The position numbers were made by a program, and so were the translations under genes. The notes beneath the pieces are model-generated. The model saw only the letters and a list, made by a program, of their open reading frames with translations. It did no database searches and had not been told where the DNA came from. DNA of 63,175 nucleotides, counting the filler, from Reclinomonas americana ATCC 50394 (lineage: Eukaryota): NCBI GenBank assembly GCA_048213135.1. It is 9 parts of 4 records of this genome, joined end to end, with 100 filler letters (N's around TTAATTAATTAA, not from the genome) between each part and the next. Parts side by side here need not be neighbours in the genome. Positions count along the whole stretch, not along the records: positions 51,883 to 57,685 come from PS015700.1; positions 57,786 to 63,175 come from PS015701.1; 7 more parts are not named here. One strand, 5' to 3'. This document shows positions 56,199-63,175 of the stretch, one piece after another. How positions within the stretch are numbered: the stretch's first letter is position 1; every line of letters begins with the position of its first letter.

Positions 56199-57644
56199 AT
56201 GTTGTGTGCGTGTGTATGTCTGCGTGATAGAAAGCGTGGCGAGCATGCGAGTGGAGACACCTGTGCTTCGTCACCAATGGGTTGCCGCTCATCCTTCTCC
56301 CCTCCAAGGTACTGCTGAGCGGTCTGTTCTGCTTCCTGCTGGAACGCGACTGGGTCACCTCACTCTCACCCGCCGCCAAAGTACCGAGTTGCGCCGCCCC
56401 TCGCTCTCTCTCTCTCTTTTCCAAGTCTCTCCCTCTCACACACGCCGCGCCGCCCCGCAGTGTACCTGCTCCTCGGCATCGCACTCTCCTTTGCGGTGTC
56501 GTACTCGATTGTGGACCTGCTCAACCAGGGCTGCTTCTCGTGCGGATGCACGACATCGCACTCGGACAGCCGACCGATCATCACGTCGCCACAGCAAATC
56601 TACATTATCCTGTTGGCCTCGCTCGTGCTTGGCGCCGTGTTTGGTCTCACGTTTGGATTGCTGGATGTGGAGGACGAGCCGTACCCGCAGACCCGCTTCT
56701 ACGAGCAGCAGATCATTAGGTTTGTCGGTGAGGGAAAGGGGGGAAGGGGGTAGAGAGGCTGGAAAGGGCGGGGCGCTTGAGGGTTGCGAGTCAGAGAACT
56801 GCTGTAGCGTCACACTGCAAGTGAAGAGGAGGGATCGAATCATCTGACGTGCGTCGTGGTGCTGCTGCACTCTCATTGTGATGGTATTGCACCCTGTTTG
56901 CTTAACAGCTGTTGCTTCGCTGTTGTCGCACTCGCTGTATCTGTGTGTCTCTCGAGTAAGACAGCAGCAAGAGATGCAGAGAGAGACAACACGCGCACAC
57001 GGAGAGACAGAGACAGTGAGGCAGACTTATAAGAGACAGAGAGATCGGCATGCAAGAGAGTTTCATTCACCTCATGCCCTCTCGTTGAATTGCAGTCTCT
57101 CTTCTGTCCCTCTCTCTCTCTTCTTCTTCTCTCTCTCTTTCTTCCTCTCTCTCTCGCTTCTTCTCTCTCTTTTCTATCCCTCTTTCTCTCTCCTTTCTGT
57201 CCCTCTTTCTCTATCGTCACCTGCTGATCCCTTCTTCTCTCTCCCTCCCTTCTTCTCTCTCGCCCTACTTCTCTCTCTCCTTCTTCTTCTTCTTCTCTCT
57301 CTCCCGTCTTCCTCCCCTTCTTCTCTATCTCCCTCCCTTCTTCTCTCTCTCTCTCTCGCTTCTTCTTTCTCTCTCGCCTCTTCTCTCTCTCCCTTCTTCT
57401 CTCTCTCCCTCCCTTCTTCTCTCCCTCCCTCCCTTCTCTCTCTCTCTCCCCCGTCTTCTCTCTCTCTTTTTCTGTCCCTCCTTCTCTCTCCTCACCTGCT
57501 GATCCCTTCGCCCCTTCCCCCAACAGCATCCCCATTGGCGCCGCCCTCGGCGCCGTCGTCGGCTTCCTCAACCAAAGACTCCGGCAGCAGGCCTACTCCG
57601 AGAGCGGCTTCAACCCGCTGCCGAACCGCGGTGAAGGCATCTAA
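54918..57644 (+). CDS. Multi-pass (about 6-7 TM) membrane protein of unknown function, 5 exons
   Basis: Spliced MSWKRLTCGSLVGLGLGALVAVVVSNALVEISTSTIFAV-IFAVVLLVLGG...FASL-VLLSGLFCFLLERDW...KVPM-YLLLGIALSF...FGLLDVED...QIIS-IPIGAALGAVVGFLNQRLR...GEGI*. All junctions are GT-AG and in phase. Confidence 0.8.
55178..55536. repeat. (GAGT)n microsatellite tracts in intron 1 of the membrane-protein gene
   Basis: Directly visible tetranucleotide runs. Confidence 0.9.
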
Positions 57645-57881
57645 CCACCACCACCACCACCAACCTCGTCCGGCTCGATCTCTTTNNNNNNNNNNNNNNN
57701 NNNNNNNNNNNNNNNNNNNNNNNNNNNNNTTAATTAATTAANNNNNNNNNNNNNNNNNNNNNNNNNNNNNNNNNNNNNNNNNNNNCCCTTCCCCTTTCCC
57801 CTTCCCTCCCTTCCCTTCCCTTCCCCTTCCCCTTCCCCTTCCCCTTTTTCTTCTCACTCTCCCCCATTTCCCATTTCGCAG

Positions 57882-60148
57882 AACCTCCTCCGCCGCCAGC
57901 ACCGAGGCCAACGAGGACGACGACGACGGCGGCGAAGATGCCGATGAGAGAGCAGCGTCAGAGACACCCTCGGCGACAGCAGCGGCGCCGCCGGGAGAGG
58001 ACGAGCGGTTGACGAGTGTCAGTCGACCGGTATCGGCGATTGAGCGGTTGACCATTACCAAGCACCCGTTGCACGCGAGCACGTTTATTTTCAAGCCGAG
58101 CGAGGGATCGCAGGGTGATGGTGAGTGAGTAGTGAGAAAGAGGCGGATCTTCCCAACTCTCCCAATTCTGAATCTTTCTCCCATCCTCGCAGGCATTCTC
58201 CTCTTGCAGCAAACCAAGGATATGCCCGACGGACGTGTGCGCGGTGTCGTGCAAGAGTACATTGCGAACGTTGCGTGCCTTTTTCTTCGTCACCGCCAGT
58301 CTTTTACAACCGTCTCACTTCTGTTCTTACCTCCGTGCAGCCGCTGCTGATCGACGGCTGCAAGTTCGACTTGCGCATCTACGTGACGGTGACGAGCATC
58401 CGCCCACTGCACGCGTTTGTGCATCGCGAGGGTCTGGCACGCTTCGCCACACAGCCGTACGAGGCGCCGAATCCTTCCAACCTGCGCGAGACGTTCATGC
58501 ACTTGACGAATTACTCGCTGAACAAGTACTCGGAGGATTTCGTGGCGAACACGGATCTGGAGCACGCCGACGAAGGCAACAAGCGCACTATATCGTCGGT
58601 GGAGAGCATCCTTATTCAGGCCGGGTACGATGTGCAGGATTTGTGGCGCAAGTGTCGAGTTGCGTGTACAGGGATGGGAAAGGAGGGAGGTTTGGGAAGG
58701 AAGGAGAGAGGAAGTGAAGAAATGGGAGGATAGGTGGGAAAGAGAGAGAGAGAGAGAGAGACCGGGTGCGTGCAAGAGAGTGAGAAAGGCTGTCTGTACT
58801 TGTGTGTGCGAGAGAGACTGCGCCACGGATCACTCGCTTGAGTCATCGTTCCCCTTCTCTCCCTCTCTCTCTCTCCCGCGTTCCATTGGTGCCACAAGTG
58901 CCATGTCCAGAGCACGTGGTGGACGCAGGCAGTTCACATTGCACGATGCCCCCCTCACTCCCTCCACCTCCAACACTCTCCTCTCACACACGCGCGCGCA
59001 AGTGCAAGGGGAGATAAGATAAAAGCGAAGAGAAGGCAGGTAGGAGATAGTGAAAAGAGAAGAAAAGAAGAAAGAGAGAATGCAAACGATGGAGCACATA
59101 AGATCTTCTTCTGCTGCTCAGGAGAGCGATGCCATGTCATTTTGGCGCGCGAGGACTCTTCTGCACGTGTTCTGTTGCTGCGAGCGTCGTCTCGTCATTT
59201 TTCTTCCCCTATTGCGTCGTACTCACCCTGCACGCATTTGTAGGATCTGATTCGGAAGACCCTGGTGGTTCTCCAGCCATACATGTTGGTCGATTACATG
59301 TCGACCTTCCCGCGCGAGAAGTCGGGAGCACAATGCTTCCACATTTTCGGTTTTGACATTCTGCTCGACTCGGATGTCAATCCGCACTTGCTGGAGGTGA
59401 GAATAAGCAGCAGTAGTCAGGTACATATCCTTCTCAATTGGCTCACCTTCCTCCCACTCAGGTCAATCACAGTCCGAGCCTCACGTGCGACTCGCCAGTG
59501 GACGAGTACATCAAGGAGTGGGTGATTACCGAGTCGCTCCTGTTGACGGCCTTTGACTGGGTGAAGGAGCGCAAGATTGCCAGCCTGGCGACACCGGAAG
59601 AGGTGCAGGCGTTGCGCATCGAGTACGAGAACAATAACACGGTGCGTGCTTCTCGCTCACTCGTGTACGACTGCGCGTCACGAATGTCTCGCTCACCCCC
59701 TCTGCTGCAGTCGGGATTCGTGCGCCTGTTCCCGTCGGTGGAGGGGGACGATGTAATGAGAAGAATAGGCTTCTTCAATGATGGTGCGAACTCGGACGTG
59801 TAATTCGATTGCCACACTTATTCTACCACTCACGTTCCTCCCACAGAGCGTCTCGTGCACACATTTGTTCGCGGGTGCGGTGTACGATCGCGCGGCGAGA
59901 TCTCGCAGATGCGCTTCTCGAAGCTGTTGCGCTCGCTGGCTCCTCTGTTGATGCCCTTTGTGCACCTGTCGTCGGCCGAGATCGACTTGCTCTACATTCA
60001 AGTGATGCGCCACTCGGAGAACCCGACGATGAAGTTCTCCGATTTCTGTGGCTGCCTGGAGATTCTGTCGCGCAACAAGGGTGCAGGCGAGTGGCGCCCT
60101 CTTCTTGTGAGAATATTGCAGCAGGTGGCCGGAGGGCAGGGTGTGTAG
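57882..60148 (+). CDS. Tubulin polyglutamylase, TTLL6/7/11 group, TTLL11-like C-terminus (5' partial)
   Basis: Exons 57882-58120, 58193-58269, 58341-58658, 59244-59396, 59462-59641, 59711-59783, 59847-60148. Motifs FIFKPSEGSQGDGI, VVQEYIANPLLIDGCKFDLRIYV, EGLARFAT, MHLTNYSLNK, CFHIFGFDILLD, LLEVNHSPS. Confidence 0.92.
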
Positions 60149-60210
60149 AAATAATGTAGGATTGGAGTAATTGCCATCGCAGAGGCAACAATCCTATTGT
60201 TCAATCCACG

Positions 60211-63024
60211 TCACAGCTCCATGGTGAAGCCACCGAGCTTCTCTCGCAAATCGCGCATCACCATCCTCGCCTCCGCCGCAGTTGGTCTGTCATAGAACAG
60301 CGACATGCACCTGCACAGAGAGCAAGAAAGTGAATGGCGAGTCTTCTCTCCATCCCTCTTCTCCTCCTCGCACGCAACTGCACTCCTAACCGAAGCATCC
60401 CACTCGCCACATCCGTCGGCCACTCGCCCGCAGAAAGATCCGCCTCCTCGGCACCGTCCACCGATTCCAGTGACCGTTCCCACCGCGCAGCCTGTCCCAC
60501 CAGAGTGCGCGCCTCGCGACCCGTTAGCAGCTGCAGCAAGATGACACCAAAGGCGTGCAGATCCATGGCGGCACGGATCTCGCCCGAGCGGAAGAAGAGC
60601 GGATCGGTGTAGTACGAGGAGCCGGCGTGCTTGCAAGTGTGGTGGTGGGTCTGTGCGCGGGGAGAGAGGGGGATGGGAAGAGAATGGCGAAAAGAGATGC
60701 ATTTTTCTGTTCGTGAACTCATGCTCTCGCCGTGCTCTCAAGACAAAATATCTCCACCCATGCGAGAGTGCAGCACATTGACATGCTTTCTCTTCTCTCT
60801 GCGACGAGATATCGTTGTGCAACTCAACTTCATACCGCGGAGACAGACGGGCACACGATCCTCTTTCTTTCACTCATGCACGAGTCGAGGGCGCATGATC
60901 AACGAGACGCGGAGAACGAGAGTAGTTCTCATGCACCAGAGTTGTGAAGAAAGAGGTGGACACAGAATGAGCAAGGCGATCACTCTCAGGAAAGGAGAAA
61001 GAGTGCACATGCACAACAAGCACGAATGCCCCACTCATCGCGCTGCAAGCGCCTGCTAAGTTTCGATGACATTCATGAAAGAATCCACTCGACAACGAGA
61101 GTGAGCAGTGGAAAGAAGAAGTGCTCTGGGCCTTCCAACTCGCAACTATGCAAGGGGATAGAACGTGCGCAACGCATTCCAACACAGAGGAAGAGGAGAA
61201 CCATCTTCCTGTGCAATCCCTCATCTGCCGAGACACTCACCTCCCCCTCGTCGAATATACGCGCAATGCCAAAGTCACCGAGGCGTGGCTCGCTTCGGTT
61301 GTCGAGCAGAATGTTGGATGGTTTGAGATCGCGGTGTACAACGCCGTTCTGGAAGAGAGAGAGAGAGAGAGAGAGTGTGATGGTGGGCGAGGAACGAAGA
61401 CAATTTGGAAGGAAAGAGCGATGGTAACCGAGAATGCATGATAACGGGAAAGGAACGACGCACCGAGAGAGTGCCATTTGAGGGCAGGTTGAGGGCGAGG
61501 TGGAAGAGAAGACATGAAGTTTACCAACACGAGCGGTGCAAACACATAGCAAACGATGGCATCCACAACTGAACCGAGATGCGAGACGACAGAACAGGCA
61601 AGAAACACACTCCAACGACAGGCAACCCAAGGAAGTCGAGTCAGCTGACGATAACCAAAGACACAGCCTTATTAACAAAGAACAGTCTCTCGATGCTCTC
61701 AACAACCAAAGACACAAACAATTATTGCTCTCGCGAAGCAGGGCAGCTGAGTGAGGCTGCCGCCTCACTCACCTGATGCAAGAAGCACATGCCCTCGACA
61801 ATGCCGAGCCCGATTTGCACACGCTCTACCACCGTCAGTGGCTGCATGCCGGCCGCTCGCTTCATGAGTCGCACCTCCAAATCTTGTCCACTGTGTGCGA
61901 AGCAAGGAAGTGAGAAGAAGAAGGGAATGCAGAGAGAAAAGGTAAGAAGCAAAAGGAGGAGGCGATGCGCTTGGGTGAAGAAGAATGACGATCTCTGGAA
62001 GGTGCTCAGTGTGTATGGATCAGTGAAGATTCAGATTATCATTTCAAGCAGAGAGAGGGAGAACGAGAAACAATGACGGGAGGTGGAGAGCAAACAGGGG
62101 GAGAGACAGATATGATGCAAGTAAACGGGAGTGCACAGAAGAGAATCAATAAACCAACCGCCTCGTCACATTTCCCCCAACCACCTCACCGCATTGCTCG
62201 ATACACCAGACATCGCCCTCGCACACCACCACCCTCCGCCAGTGTGGAGTAGCCAAGCAGCGGAACAACGCGTCGATGATGCAGTCGTCCGATCGTGTTC
62301 AACTGGCATGAGGAGAAGTGAGCAACAGCTTAATCTCATCTCCTTCTGCTACAATAGACCTCGACATCGTACGACTCCATTGCCGATGGCGCGGCACCAT
62401 CCAGTCGCTTGACAGCCACCTCTTCCTCGTTCAACCAGCACAGAAACACGTCACCGTGACCGCCCTCGCCGGCCTTTAGGTCGTTGGAGAAGGATTCAGT
62501 GGCGGGGAGAATGTCGGACCAGGGGTATTCGCGCAGGCGATTGGGATCAGCGGCTGAAGATGGGGAAAGGAGAAAGAAAAGGTTCTGAGTGACGGTTCGA
62601 AGAGCAGAAATGCGTCTCTCTCACGCGCACCTTGGAGAGTGGCCAGCTCGCGGCGCAAACGACCGACCTCATGGGTGAGATCGACCCGCTCACTGGCAAA
62701 CAGTTGCGCCTGCTGTTTCAATTCACGCTGCAGCTGCGCAACACGCTGCTCCAACATGACATTAGCCTGTCGAAGTACCTCATGCTGCCGCTCATACTCC
62801 CGCAGCTGCTGCTCTCGCTCGTGTCGATATGCGTCGTGTTCACGCTGCAGATGAGCGACACGCTGCTTGTGCTCTCGTCGCTGCTGCTCAGCTTGTCGCT
62901 CATACTCCCGTTGCTGCTGTTGTTCTCGCTCCTGTCGACATGCATCGTATTCGCGCTGCAGACTGGCAATGGTGGAGTCCTTGTCGGCGAGCTGACGCGC
63001 CATCGCAGCAATGTCGTCAACGGC
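60211..63024 (-). CDS. Coiled-coil plus IRAK/Pelle/RLK-type protein kinase (5' end beyond the window)
   Basis: Spliced ...LREYPWSDILPATESFSNDLKAGEGGHGDVF...VAVKRLD...DVE-LNTIGRLHHRRVVPLLGYS...CLVYRAMR-GQDLEVRL...[26 protein letters not shown]...LGDFGIAR...GSSYYTDP...DLHAFGVILLQLLTG...AGEWP...CMSLFYDRP...*. Confidence 0.88.
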
Positions 63025-63175
63025 CTGCAAGAAAACGAACTCAAGAGGGTGAGAGAAGAGTGAGTCGAAGGCTGTCAGAACTGTGGAGAGACTCACCACC
63101 CGTTCGGCTGAGACACACATCAAAAGGAAACGTCATCAAGCGATGGAACAAAAAACGCAATCGCAGAGGAAAGGG

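Overview
Draft-assembly eukaryotic DNA with N-gaps and eight artificial TTAATTAATTAA joins. It comes from a GC-rich, intron-dense, microsatellite-rich and probably flagellated protist; I cannot name the species. Genes reconstructed by hand-splicing: two tandem WD40 genes (one double-frameshifted), an EFCAB10-like EF-hand gene, CEP120 (partial), a large coiled-coil gene, NAD-dependent glycerol-3-phosphate dehydrogenase, a third WD40 gene, two tandem paralogues built from a ~200-aa Cys/His-containing module I do not recognise, a SPATA7-like gene with a 52-aa repeat tail, a multi-pass membrane protein, a TTLL11-like tubulin glutamylase (partial) and an IRAK/Pelle/RLK-like kinase (partial). Two observations stand out. 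(1) A recurrent atypical 5' splice-site class, /GTTGCG(T), occurs in nine unrelated genes or gene families, always after a non-G exon end, and looks like a +1-shifted version of the local G/GTGCGT donor. (2) The tandem-module gene pair at 29.1-46.4 kb appears to splice in frame despite repeated internal duplication. All family assignments are from memory of the motifs; no search was run.
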